Assembly (NCBI GenBank): GCA_965203175.1
Contig: OZ241867.1
Coordinates: 1-64,000, forward strand
Source: Candidatus Latescibacterota bacterium
Lineage (GTDB): Bacteria > Latescibacterota > UBA2968 > UBA8231
Length of the DNA stretch: 64,000 nucleotides
Direction: 5' to 3'
This document shows, piece by piece, positions 1 through 9,251 of the stretch. Under the pieces are notes generated by a model, which saw only the letters and a program-made list of their open reading frames with translations, had not been told where the DNA came from and searched no databases. The first letter of the stretch is position 1; the number at the start of each line of letters is the position of its first letter. A program made the translations under genes and the position numbers.

Positions 1-481
1 GGTTGCAGTAAAGTATCCCTACAGCGAGGACATGGCCCGCCGCTGGATCGCCAAACACCAACCCAGTTACGACGCCGGAGGAGCGCTGAACTTCGCCGTA
101 GAAGAGCGAGAAAGTCAGGTGTTGGTCGGCTTCATCGGAATTGGCGGCAATGATCGCCGAGCCGGCATGGGCTACTGGTACGGCCGACCGTACTGGGGCA
201 AGGGCTACGCCACCGAGGCTGGCCGCACCACCGTGGCCTTCGGCTTTGAGGAACTCGGCCTCGAGCGGATGGAGGCGTCGCACCTGAAGGACAACCTAAC
301 TTCCGGCCGAGCGCTGCAAAAAATGGGCATGTCCCATCAGGGCCGCCAAGCCCACTACGTCCCCAAATGGGATGCCCATTGCGACAAGGAAGAGTACGCC
401 ATCGACCGGGAAGATTATTTGCGGCTGCGCGGGGAGAAGCCGGAGATCTATCGCTACGAACGCTTGGTTCCGTCCGCGTGA
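1..481 (+). CDS. GNAT (RimJ/RimL-like) N-acetyltransferase, 5'-truncated by window edge
   Basis: Motifs GYWYGRPYWGKGYATEA and NLTSGRALQKMGM; frame is open back to position 2 (VAVKYPYSEDM), so the start lies upstream. Confidence 0.85.
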   Translation, partial: VAVKYPYSEDMARRWIAKHQPSYDAGGALNFAVEERESQVLVGFIGIGGNDRRAGMGYWYGRPYWGKGYATEAGRTTVAFGFEELGLERMEASHLKDNLTSGRALQKMGMSHQGRQAHYVPKWDAHCDKEEYAIDREDYLRLRGEKPEIYRYERLVPSA

Positions 482-541
482 CTGTGTACGGAGATATTCA
501 TTCGACTTCTTCGCCAAACACCACCGCTAAAGGCTGTAACC

Positions 542-1285
542 ATGGCAACTGATCTAGAATATCTACAAAAGTTGGACAATCCCGAGAATCGCACCCGCTC
601 GCTCATCGATCTCATCGAAGTGCAAACCGTCGATTTGGAATTGGCCGCCTTCTTAGCCTCCCACGTCTGGCGCGGGGCTTCCTACATCACAGGTTCAGGA
701 CCCGGAGGCATCGGCAAGACCACCACCATGCACGCCCTGCTCAGTTTTGTCGGAGCCGACCTCCCCTTTGTCACCGCACTGCCGGGAGAAGTATCCTCCA
801 TTGGCGCAACCAAGTCCTGCGTCATCTCCAACGAATTGAGCAACCATCCGCCCCCGACCTATCTGTGGGGAGACGACCTACGCGCTTTCTTTGCTCTAGG
901 CGACGCCGGACACACGCTAGTCAGCAATGTCCACGCCGATAGCCTCGATGAGATCCACCACCAAATCGTCGAAACAAACCAAGTACCCGAAGCGCAGTTC
1001 CGCGCCATTAGCCTACTCGTTTTCATTTGCCTCGAAGGCGGCAATCCCCCTGAGCGGCGCATCAAGGACACAACCACGCGCCGCATCATCAACAAGATCT
1101 ACTACAGCGACGGGAATGAAGATCATCGCCTCATTTACGAACCACAAAAGGGCCTGTTAGATCACGCGCCGCGCGACGAGAACCACGAGCAAAACTGTCG
1201 CGCTTTCTTAGCGGAAATGATCGCGAGCAACGAGCGCCGTCTCGCCGAGGTGCGCCGCCGCTTTTTACGGTGGCATGAGGCGTAA
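542..1285 (+). CDS. Stand-alone P-loop NTPase resembling the VirB11/CpaF secretion ATPase C-terminal domain
   Basis: Walker A GPGGIGKTT, atypical Walker B (VISNE), His-box-like VHADSLDE; no pilus or secretion genes nearby. Confidence 0.6.
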   Translation: MATDLEYLQKLDNPENRTRSLIDLIEVQTVDLELAAFLASHVWRGASYITGSGPGGIGKTTTMHALLSFVGADLPFVTALPGEVSSIGATKSCVISNELSNHPPPTYLWGDDLRAFFALGDAGHTLVSNVHADSLDEIHHQIVETNQVPEAQFRAISLLVFICLEGGNPPERRIKDTTTRRIINKIYYSDGNEDHRLIYEPQKGLLDHAPRDENHEQNCRAFLAEMIASNERRLAEVRRRFLRWHEA

Positions 1286-1334
1286 TGGACATTTCCACTG
1301 TCATAGTGAATCACATATCCATCAGGAGATAAGC

Positions 1335-1466
1335 ATGGAACGGAAAACCGCTGCTGAATACGATCCGCAACTGCTCAAGCTGTACGATCGCTACGTCCAC
1401 GGCGACATTAACCGCCGCCAATTTCTCGATGATGCGGCCCGTTTCGCCACGTTAAAAGCTGAATGA
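1335..1466 (+). pseudogene. N-terminal fragment of a YghX/dienelactone hydrolase family gene
   Basis: Good RBS (AGGAG); MERKTAAEYDPQLLKLYDRYVHGDINRRQFLDDAARFA matches the typical N-terminus of this family, then stops after 43 aa. Confidence 0.65.
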
Positions 1467-1573
1467 ATTAACACTTACACAAGAGATGTTCTATCGCCGC
1501 CCCGCGCAAAATCGACCTGACGCTAGTCCGCCCCATCTACGGGCTGACCATTCCAGTATTTCTAGGCTCCCAA

Positions 1574-2848
1574 TTGGAAAACGTCATCAGCTTGGCCGAC
1601 ATCTATATGGTGGGCCATCTGGGCGTCGATTCCATGTCCGCCGTCGGCATCGCCACTACGCTGACCATGGTCATCCGAATCACCATGGTTTCGGTGACTT
1701 CCGGTGCCTTTACCCTCGTCGCCCAAGCCGTCGGTGCCCGCAATCCCGACCACGCCAGTTCCACCGCCAAACAGGCCCTCACTCTAGTCGCGCTAATCAG
1801 CGTGGGGTTTGGCCTCGTCGGCATGGCTATCTCTGCCCCAGCGCTCCATTTCTTCAGCCCCAGCGACTCCGTCGCCCGTCTCGGCGTACCTTACTTACTG
1901 GTATTCTTCGCGGGTCTCGTTTTCCTCGGCCTCAACTACGCGATCCACAACTGCCTGTACGGTGCCGGCGATACGCGCACGCCGCTGTATTTGAGCCTGC
2001 TGACCAGCGCCGTCAAATTGCTATTCAGCTATGCGCTGATCTTCGGAGCTTGGGGCCTGCCCGCGCTGGGCATAGTCGGTGCCGTCGCCGGTACTATCAT
2101 CGGCCAAGTAATCGGTTTAGTCGTCGGGTTGTGGGTCCTGTACAGTGGCCGTTTCGCATTGACCTTCCTACCCGAGACTGCTTACCGCCCCAATCGCGAC
2201 TTGGCTCGCCGCATTCTCAAGATCGGCGTCCCTGCTGGCCTCCAAGGTCTCTTCCGCAACGGCTCCAACTTGGTGTTTCTAAAACTTCTCGCCCTAACCC
2301 AAAACCCCGTTGCCGCAGTAGCCGCTTTTACCGTCGGCCACCAGCTCGAACGCATTCTGCGGCGCGGTTCGCTGAGCTTCGGCACGGCGGCCCAGACCCT
2401 AGTAGGCCAACACATCGGCGCTGGCGATCTGCCACAGGCCGACCGCTATGGTTGGACCTCAATGTTAGTGGGGACGTTCTCCATGCTGCTATTGGGTCTG
2501 CCCATTGTGCTATTTGCCGTCCCCTATATAGGACTGTTCACCCAAGAAACCGAGGTGTTGCGCATCGGCGTTGCCTACCTGTGGGCCCTCTGCTTAGCCG
2601 AGCCCTTTATGGCTCTGGCCATCGTCAGCGGCGGCGGCCTGCGCGGTGCCGGCGATACTCGTCCAGCACTAAACTATACGCTTATAGCCCAGTGGTTAGT
2701 GCGCCTACCCGTCAGCTATGTACTGGCATTTACTTTCGGCTTAGACACCAATGGTCTATGGATCGGCTTGGTCGTCTTCAGCGTCGTCCAAGGCATACTG
2801 ACGGTGCGGCGTTTTGCTGGCGGGGCCTGGAAATCCATGAGGGTTTGA
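1574..2848 (+). CDS. MATE family efflux transporter (true start probably ATG 1486 with a 1-nt frameshift)
   Basis: Multiple TM helices, ADIYMVGHLG and two GAGDTR motifs; first helix continues in frame upstream of 1574 without an in-frame ATG. Confidence 0.9.
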   Translation: MENVISLADIYMVGHLGVDSMSAVGIATTLTMVIRITMVSVTSGAFTLVAQAVGARNPDHASSTAKQALTLVALISVGFGLVGMAISAPALHFFSPSDSVARLGVPYLLVFFAGLVFLGLNYAIHNCLYGAGDTRTPLYLSLLTSAVKLLFSYALIFGAWGLPALGIVGAVAGTIIGQVIGLVVGLWVLYSGRFALTFLPETAYRPNRDLARRILKIGVPAGLQGLFRNGSNLVFLKLLALTQNPVAAVAAFTVGHQLERILRRGSLSFGTAAQTLVGQHIGAGDLPQADRYGWTSMLVGTFSMLLLGLPIVLFAVPYIGLFTQETEVLRIGVAYLWALCLAEPFMALAIVSGGGLRGAGDTRPALNYTLIAQWLVRLPVSYVLAFTFGLDTNGLWIGLVVFSVVQGILTVRRFAGGAWKSMRV

Positions 2849-2852
2849 AACC

Positions 2853-3311
2853 ATGACGTCCGAGAGAAAAAGAGACAGTGGAACCATTTTGCGGCGGGGA
2901 CTCTTGCTGATTTTTGTCTTGGGAACCGTAGGACTAGGCACCGAGTTGCTGCTCCTTGGTCATTTTGAAGAATGGCGTCAACAGGTGCCCCTGGCGTTGT
3001 TGGCGCTCGGGTTGGTCTTGTTGGCGATTCGGCTATTTTACCGGAACGCGATCATCCTGCGCCTGTTCCGCTTGACCATGCTGGCTTTTGTCTTAGGCGG
3101 CATGGTCGGCCTCTGGTTTCATCTTAGTTCTAATATGGAATTTGAATTGGAGATGTACCCGACGATGAGCGGGTTGGAACTGCTGTCTAAGGCGTTGGGC
3201 GGCGCCATGCCGGCGTTAGCGCCTGGAGCACTGGTCCAACTAGGACTGATCGGATTTCTTTATACTTACCAACACCCGGCGCTGAGCCGAGAGCAAACAA
3301 AGGAGAACTAA
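2853..3311 (+). CDS. Hypothetical 4-TM membrane protein
   Basis: Four hydrophobic segments; tightly packed between MATE and HhH genes. Confidence 0.75.
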   Translation: MTSERKRDSGTILRRGLLLIFVLGTVGLGTELLLLGHFEEWRQQVPLALLALGLVLLAIRLFYRNAIILRLFRLTMLAFVLGGMVGLWFHLSSNMEFELEMYPTMSGLELLSKALGGAMPALAPGALVQLGLIGFLYTYQHPALSREQTKEN

Positions 3312-3314
3312 GTA

Positions 3315-3947
3315 ATGCAGCGAGTAGTTTTAGCCGTGGTATTAGCTGTCTTCCTCTATGGTAGCAGAGCCCAAGGGCAGGTAGGAAAAAACGAAACGGT
3401 CCTCAACCCCAACCGAGCCAGCGTCGAACAACTGTTGGCCCTAGCGCAACTCGATTCGGCGTTAGTCGAGGGGATTGTGGAGCGGCGGCCTTTTATCGGC
3501 ATGGAAGCGTTCGACACCTATTTGGATTCGACCCTAGCAGACTCAGTCCAAGCCGAACTGTATGTCAAGCTCTTCCTGCCGATCAACCTCAATACCGCCA
3601 GCGACGCCGAGATGAAGCTAGTGCCGGGAGTCGGCAAGCGCATGGCGCACGAGTTCGAGGAATACCGGCCCTACAAGAGCATGGCACAATGGAGACGAGA
3701 AATCGGAAAATACGTCGATGACGACGAACTAGCGCGACTGGAGCAGTACGTCTTCGTGCCGCTCGAACTCAACACTGCCAGCGAAGCGGATTTCCTCACG
3801 ATCCCCGGAGTCGGCAAGCGCATGGCGCACGAGTTTGAAGAATACCGACCCTACAAAAGCATGGCACAGTGGAGACGAGAAATCGGAAAATACGTCGATG
3901 ACGACGAACTGGCGCGACTGGAAAGGTATGTGTTTCTTGAAGAATAA
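3315..3947 (+). CDS. Secreted helix-hairpin-helix (ComEA-like) repeat protein
   Basis: Signal peptide; LNTAS...PGVG HhH motifs in three units; RBS AAGGAG. Confidence 0.8.
   Translation: MQRVVLAVVLAVFLYGSRAQGQVGKNETVLNPNRASVEQLLALAQLDSALVEGIVERRPFIGMEAFDTYLDSTLADSVQAELYVKLFLPINLNTASDAEMKLVPGVGKRMAHEFEEYRPYKSMAQWRREIGKYVDDDELARLEQYVFVPLELNTASEADFLTIPGVGKRMAHEFEEYRPYKSMAQWRREIGKYVDDDELARLERYVFLEE
3579..3938 (+). repeat. Intragenic 180-bp tandem duplication (two 60-aa HhH units)
   Basis: PGVGKRMAHEFEEYRPYKSMAQWRREIGKYVDDDELARLE occurs twice, 180 bp apart, nearly identical in DNA. Confidence 0.9.
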
Positions 3948-3970
3948 ACCCTAGGTATTAACTTCTATCC

Positions 3971-4549
3971 ATGGCCAAAACCGATCGCAAAAAGCTCATC
4001 CTCGAAGAGGCAGCTCGCCTCTTCTCGACCAAGCGCTTCGACGAAGTGCTCATGGACGATATTGCCCACCAAGCCGGTGTCGGCAAGGGGACGATCTACA
4101 CGTATTTTGCCGACAAGGAAGAGTTGTACTTTGCGGTGGTTTTTGAAGGTATCCGGCGGCTCAACGAACAGCTCCAGCGCAAAGCCAATCGCCAGCAGGA
4201 TCCCGAAAAGGAACTCCGCCGGATGGTCCACGCCATCGTCTCCTTCTTCAGCCAGAACCGCTTCTTCTTTCGCTTGATGTCGCAGGAGGACGGCAAGAGC
4301 GAAGGCGGCAAGGGCGAAAACCGCAAGCGCTGGCGCGAAGAACGGCGCATCCAACTCGCAGCAATCGAGACCGTCCTACAAAACGGTGCTGAACAGGGCG
4401 TCTTCTCCGTCGAGCACCCGAAGGTCGAAACCGCGATCCTCCGCGACATGGTGCGCTCGGTGATGATCCACGCAAAGGGCCTGAGCGTCGAAGCAATGGT
4501 CGATACCATCATGCGCATCTTCCTCCAAGGCGTGCGCAAGACGCCCTGA
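3971..4549 (+). CDS. TetR/AcrR family transcriptional regulator
   Basis: HTH signature IAHQAGVGKGTIYTYFADKEELY. Confidence 0.93.
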   Translation: MAKTDRKKLILEEAARLFSTKRFDEVLMDDIAHQAGVGKGTIYTYFADKEELYFAVVFEGIRRLNEQLQRKANRQQDPEKELRRMVHAIVSFFSQNRFFFRLMSQEDGKSEGGKGENRKRWREERRIQLAAIETVLQNGAEQGVFSVEHPKVETAILRDMVRSVMIHAKGLSVEAMVDTIMRIFLQGVRKTP

Positions 4550-4577
4550 GCGACGCTCGCGTTATCTCACAATCCCC

Positions 4578-6185
4578 TCAAAACTGACGCTCGCCATCAA
4601 TAGCAGCATCCCAGCGCTGCGAGTACAGGTAATCCATCGCGGCCTGCGTCGCTGTGGGCGAGCCAATCTGTTGCAAGGCACTCAACGCGAACGCGCCCAC
4701 GTGACCGCAGGAATCGTCGAGTGCCCTGAAGAGCTGGGGCTCTAACGGAGCGGCGGCTTGGCCGAGCTGGGCGCACGCTATCGCCGCGTTAGTCCGCACC
4801 TGATCGCGCGGCACCCAGCGGCGGCCAGCTTCCTCCTGCCAGTTTGGATGATCGGCCGAGAGCATCCGCCCCAAGACTTCCACTGGTACGCCTTGCGCAA
4901 TATTGCCCAGCGCGACGAGAGCCGTGCGCACCAAGCGATGCGAGCCATCTTCGAGACTCCGCGTCAACGCCGGGACTGCTGCCGCCGCGTGCGAATCCAT
5001 CTCGCCGAGAGCAAAGGCGGCGTTGACTTGGGTCCACTCGCTTTCGTCCTCCAACAACTCACAGAGCACTTCGACTGCAGGTTCACCAACCGCCGCCAGT
5101 GCCTGCGCTGCATCTTCCATGTTAGTCGCCCCTTCATTCCAAGCGGGCGGGACCTCGTGCTGGTCAGCCTCACGACCTGCTGCGCACAACGCTTTGGCCA
5201 ACGGCGCGACTGCGGGCTCGCCGATCGCGCCCAGCGCGTAGGTCGCTGCCGCGCGCATGGCTTGGTGATCGGTGCCCAAACACTCGACGAGCACTGGCAC
5301 GGCTGCAGCCGCATCAACGCCGAATCCGGCCAATTGCTGTGCTGCCGCCAGCCGTTGCTCCAAGTCCACCTCTGGATCGAGCTGAGCGATGAGTGCCGCC
5401 ACGTCTCCAGTGGCCTGTGGCCAGCTAGCGTAGCGATCCCGCTTGCCGCAGAGCCAGTCCCAAGTGTGCGCCCAAGCCAGTTCCAGATTGTAGGGAGAAT
5501 CAATGTGTTGGGGCTTTTGCCAGTGCATGCTTTTGTAGTTCCAAGTCGGTGCCGTCGGCTCGGAGGCTCGCATGTAGATGAACTTGATCATGTGCCGATG
5601 CCTCGGCAGCAGGCTGACACCGGCCGCGTGACCCACGTCGAAATGCGTCAACGACACCGTGCCGGCCCGGCCGGCCAATGGCAAGGCGCGCGCCCGATCC
5701 TCGTCGGTCAATCCGCGATTGAACTGCGTCCCCGGAATCACGTGCGTCGGTCCTAACTCGACCGGTGAATCCTGCGGGTAGTACATGATCCGCGCATAAC
5801 GCAGATAGTGCTGGCGCGGATGGCCCATCGGCGTGTACCCGTCCTGATGGCAGTTGCGGCGCAGCCTTTCCTCGGCCTCAGCAGCAGGCACGGTTTCTTC
5901 CACCGGTTTGAGGGGATGGCAGTAGCGGTGCGGATGCTCCAAGTAGTTCGGGCCTAAGATGCTGATGAGCGCGCCGCGCACCTCGGGCGAGTTGAGCACG
6001 TGGCGCATGGCGGGCACGCGCGGCAAGATGTTGTTGCCCGGGTTTAGCTCGGAGTCGATGATTTGGTTGAGCCGCTCATAGCACGCCTCGTGCGTCCCCT
6101 CGGGCACAGTCGGCTCAAAGACCAGATAGCCATTGACGATAAACTCGCGCATCTGCTCGTCAGTGAGCAGGATCGGGTCGGTCAT
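4578..6185 (-). CDS. Phytanoyl-CoA dioxygenase (PhyH)-family domain fused to HEAT/PBS-lyase repeats
   Basis: LLTDEQMREFIVNGYL, HQD, GPTHVIPGT; C-terminal AATYALGAIG/NAAFALGEM repeats. Confidence 0.85.
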   Translation of the reverse strand: MTDPILLTDEQMREFIVNGYLVFEPTVPEGTHEACYERLNQIIDSELNPGNNILPRVPAMRHVLNSPEVRGALISILGPNYLEHPHRYCHPLKPVEETVPAAEAEERLRRNCHQDGYTPMGHPRQHYLRYARIMYYPQDSPVELGPTHVIPGTQFNRGLTDEDRARALPLAGRAGTVSLTHFDVGHAAGVSLLPRHRHMIKFIYMRASEPTAPTWNYKSMHWQKPQHIDSPYNLELAWAHTWDWLCGKRDRYASWPQATGDVAALIAQLDPEVDLEQRLAAAQQLAGFGVDAAAAVPVLVECLGTDHQAMRAAATYALGAIGEPAVAPLAKALCAAGREADQHEVPPAWNEGATNMEDAAQALAAVGEPAVEVLCELLEDESEWTQVNAAFALGEMDSHAAAAVPALTRSLEDGSHRLVRTALVALGNIAQGVPVEVLGRMLSADHPNWQEEAGRRWVPRDQVRTNAAIACAQLGQAAAPLEPQLFRALDDSCGHVGAFALSALQQIGSPTATQAAMDYLYSQRWDAAIDGERQF

Positions 6186-6216
6186 GATACAAGCTCCTTC
6201 ACTGTTGAAATGTCAT

Positions 6217-8112
6217 TCAAATCCGCACCTTCAGGGCTTCGGCCTTTAATTGTTCGCAGCGGCGCGGCGCGTACGGTGGCTGTTGGGTCTCGCGCAAATC
6301 AAAGCCAAAAGCGCGCTTGCTCAAAACGATGACCGGCGGCGCTTGAATCCGCTTAAAGTAGTTGATCCGCACCTGGCGCTCCACCCATTCGAGATCTTCG
6401 ATCCAACTACGCGCATCCGGGAAGTACGCGCGGAAGCGCGCCGCATCGTCCCACTCCAACTTCTCTAACAACACGCCCTCTATAAACCACTGCAACAAAT
6501 CGCTACTGTGCCGCCGGTATTCGATGAACTGCCGCAGCACCGCGTCGTGGTATCCATACTTGATCGGATCGCCCAAGCCCTGCGTCACATCTTGGGCCTC
6601 AGACAACTCGGCGCTGGGCACCACCGAACCGTCGAGCAAATTCTCCGGCACCACGGCGCGGCCATAAACATCCTCGTTGAGAAAGCGCGCCAGCGCGAAG
6701 ACCTGCACCTTGTACAGATCGGCAATCGGAGCCACCGCGCCGCTGACATCCCCGTAGAGCGTGGCATAGCCCAAGGCGACTTCGGTCTTGTTGCCGTTGG
6801 ACGTGAACACGAGTCCGTATTTGGCCGCTAAGCCGGAGAGCACATCGGCAAAGCGAATGCGCGCCTGCACGTTCTCATCCACCAACCGCGTGTACTCGCC
6901 CCGACCCACGGAAAATTCCGCGCCCTGCACGAGAGCGGCGACGGCCTCGTACAGCGATTCAATCGGGCAACAGAGGTAATCGACACCCAGCGCAGCGCAC
7001 AGCGAGCGGGCGTTATCTTGGGTAACCGCGGCATTAAAGCGCGTCGGCATGTTGACCGCAAACACGCGCTCTGGACCAAAGGCGCGCTCCAGCAGACAGC
7101 AAACTACGCTGGAGTCCACACCGCCGCTCGTCGCAATGAGGAACTTGCTCTCCGCACCGCGCACGTCGTCCAAGTGCCGCAGCCCGGTGAGGATGCCCGC
7201 GTACTGGGCTTCGATTTCGCTTTGGGGCGGCGCGACCTCGCCGCGGCCCGTGAACACGAGTTGTTCCCGCCACGGACGCGCGCGGCACGCAATGTCCCCA
7301 CTGGCCGCGTACGCCGTGCTGTCGCCGTCAAATACAATGATGTTCTTGCCGTTGTTTTGCGCTCCAACTTGGTTGACGTAGAAAAACGGCAGGGGTGAAC
7401 GCTCTAGTATCTGGCGCACCACGCGGTTGCGCTTGTCGCTTTTTTGCCAAGTAAAAGGCGAGGACGAGAGGTTAAATACGGCCTCAGCCCCGCGGCGGCG
7501 ATACAGCGCGAGCGTGTCGAGGGGCTTGCCGCTGTGGCAGTAGTCCTCGCACCACATGTCCTCGCACAGTTGCACGCCAAAGCTAAAAGACCGCCCGTCC
7601 TTGAGCTGCACCTTGTACGGATGCAGCCAGTCCTCCAGCGACCGGCCCTCGGCCTCGGCCAAGTGGCGCAGCGAGAAAAAGTGCCGGTCGTCGTCAAAAA
7701 ATCGGTAGTTGGGATGCAAGGTCTTGGGGTGGACGCCGCAGGGCAAGCCGGTAGGCACGGCTTCGCGCACCACATATTCGCCGTCGGCGCACACATAGAC
7801 GGCATTGTATTTGCGCCGCCGTCCATCCTGACCCTTGTGGACGGGGTCCACCGCCACGTTGCCAAAGATTACAGTTAATTCGGTACTAGCCCGACAAATC
7901 TCGTCGCTATACGCAGCAAAATCCTCCACGTAAGCGTCCATCTCCCACAAGTCGCCGAGGATATAGCCGCTGATGCACAGCTCGGAAAACACCACGACCT
8001 CAGCGCCAGCCTCCCGCGCTTGCGCGATAAAGGCCAGCATCCGCTCCGCATTCAGGTCGGGTCGCCCGGGCTTGACCTCCATCTGCACCAAGGCGATTGC
8101 GGGCAGACCCAT
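6217..8112 (-). CDS. nadE: Glutamine-dependent NAD+ synthetase
   Basis: Nitrilase domain (FSEL, LCEDMW) plus SGGVDSS, ENVQARIR, GNKTEVALGYATLYGD; ATG 8112 overlaps the upstream stop. Confidence 0.93.
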   Translation of the reverse strand: MGLPAIALVQMEVKPGRPDLNAERMLAFIAQAREAGAEVVVFSELCISGYILGDLWEMDAYVEDFAAYSDEICRASTELTVIFGNVAVDPVHKGQDGRRRKYNAVYVCADGEYVVREAVPTGLPCGVHPKTLHPNYRFFDDDRHFFSLRHLAEAEGRSLEDWLHPYKVQLKDGRSFSFGVQLCEDMWCEDYCHSGKPLDTLALYRRRGAEAVFNLSSSPFTWQKSDKRNRVVRQILERSPLPFFYVNQVGAQNNGKNIIVFDGDSTAYAASGDIACRARPWREQLVFTGRGEVAPPQSEIEAQYAGILTGLRHLDDVRGAESKFLIATSGGVDSSVVCCLLERAFGPERVFAVNMPTRFNAAVTQDNARSLCAALGVDYLCCPIESLYEAVAALVQGAEFSVGRGEYTRLVDENVQARIRFADVLSGLAAKYGLVFTSNGNKTEVALGYATLYGDVSGAVAPIADLYKVQVFALARFLNEDVYGRAVVPENLLDGSVVPSAELSEAQDVTQGLGDPIKYGYHDAVLRQFIEYRRHSSDLLQWFIEGVLLEKLEWDDAARFRAYFPDARSWIEDLEWVERQVRINYFKRIQAPPVIVLSKRAFGFDLRETQQPPYAPRRCEQLKAEALKVRI

Positions 8113-9239
8113 CAGGCCATCACGGGAACCCGCGCCTGGTGGATGCACTCGGCCAACAGCGGCACGCCCTCGCGAACCGCCTCCAGCGAGGCAAAGCCAA
8201 AGGCGAGGCGTATGGCCGGCACGTCTTCGCGCCGGATGTGGAAGCCCTGCCCCCGCGCCACCACAATGCCGCGCTCGGCACACAGGGCCATGAGGCGATC
8301 GCGATCCACATCTTCGGGGAACTCGATCCAAATGAACATGCCGCCCACCGGCCGCGACCACGTGCACAGATCGCCCGCGTTCTCTTCGAGGCCGGCGAAG
8401 ACTGCGTCGCGCTTTTCCTTGAGAATGGCGTTGGTCTCGGCCAAGTGCTGCCACAGCCGGTCGCGGAACAGGGCCGCGCAGCTAGCAGCCGCCAGCAAGC
8501 TATTGCCCCCGTCGTAGCGGCGGTCGAGAATCCGCCCCAGCATGGACGGCCGAGCCAGCAAATAACCCAACCGGACGCCGGGCCCCAAAATCTTGGACAG
8601 CGAGCCGATGTACAGGACATTGGGGCTGTCGTCGAGCGCGTAGAGCGCCGGCTCTTCCGGCCCCTCAAAATGCACGTCGCCATAGCAGTTGTCTTCCACC
8701 ACAATGGTCTCGTAGTAGCGCGCTACTTCGAGCAGTTCGAGGCGGCGCTGCCTCGGCATGACCGAGCCGGTGGGATTCTGGTAGGTCGCCAAGGTATAAA
8801 TAAAGCGCGGCGGGGTACCCCTGCGGCGCAAATCTGCCAAAACGTCGGCCAGCACATCGACGCGCATGCCCTGCTCGTCGAGCGGCACCCCGACCAGCTC
8901 GGCTCCCAACCGCTTGTACGCGCCAATCGTCCCGGAATACGTCAGTTCCTCGGTGACGATCACGTCCCCCGGCCCCTCCATCAGCGCCTCGGCTACCAGC
9001 GTAACCGCCTGCATGGAGCCGTTCATCAGCGCGATGTGGTCGGCAGACACGTCAATGCCTTCGCGCTTGGATTCGCGCATGGCCATGACCTCGCGCAAGC
9101 CCTGATGGCCCATGTCGCCGGGATAGCTCACTAGCGTCGCACCCAACTCGCGCACGGCCTCGCTCGCGGCCTCGGCCAGCGCCTCCGTGGGGAACGAGCC
9201 GGGATCTGTGCGTCCACTGCCAAAATCGTATGTGCTCAT
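8112..9239 (-). CDS. PLP-dependent aminotransferase (class I/II, MocR/Aro8-like, no HTH)
   Basis: YQNPTG, VEDNCYGD, GSLSKILGPGVRLGY. Confidence 0.9.
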   Translation of the reverse strand: MSTYDFGSGRTDPGSFPTEALAEAASEAVRELGATLVSYPGDMGHQGLREVMAMRESKREGIDVSADHIALMNGSMQAVTLVAEALMEGPGDVIVTEELTYSGTIGAYKRLGAELVGVPLDEQGMRVDVLADVLADLRRRGTPPRFIYTLATYQNPTGSVMPRQRRLELLEVARYYETIVVEDNCYGDVHFEGPEEPALYALDDSPNVLYIGSLSKILGPGVRLGYLLARPSMLGRILDRRYDGGNSLLAAASCAALFRDRLWQHLAETNAILKEKRDAVFAGLEENAGDLCTWSRPVGGMFIWIEFPEDVDRDRLMALCAERGIVVARGQGFHIRREDVPAIRLAFGFASLEAVREGVPLLAECIHQARVPVMA

Positions 9240-9251
9240 AACATGCTCCTT

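Noticed and set aside
479-541. TGA of the GNAT gene is in frame with the next ORF (possible Sec readthrough fusion)
   Set aside because: GNAT domain is complete before the stop, no redox motif or clear SECIS, and the next gene has its own ATG
1486-2856. 456-aa alternative-frame ORF over the MATE gene
   Set aside because: Arg/Pro-rich shadow ORF of GC-rich DNA; only its ATG is likely real
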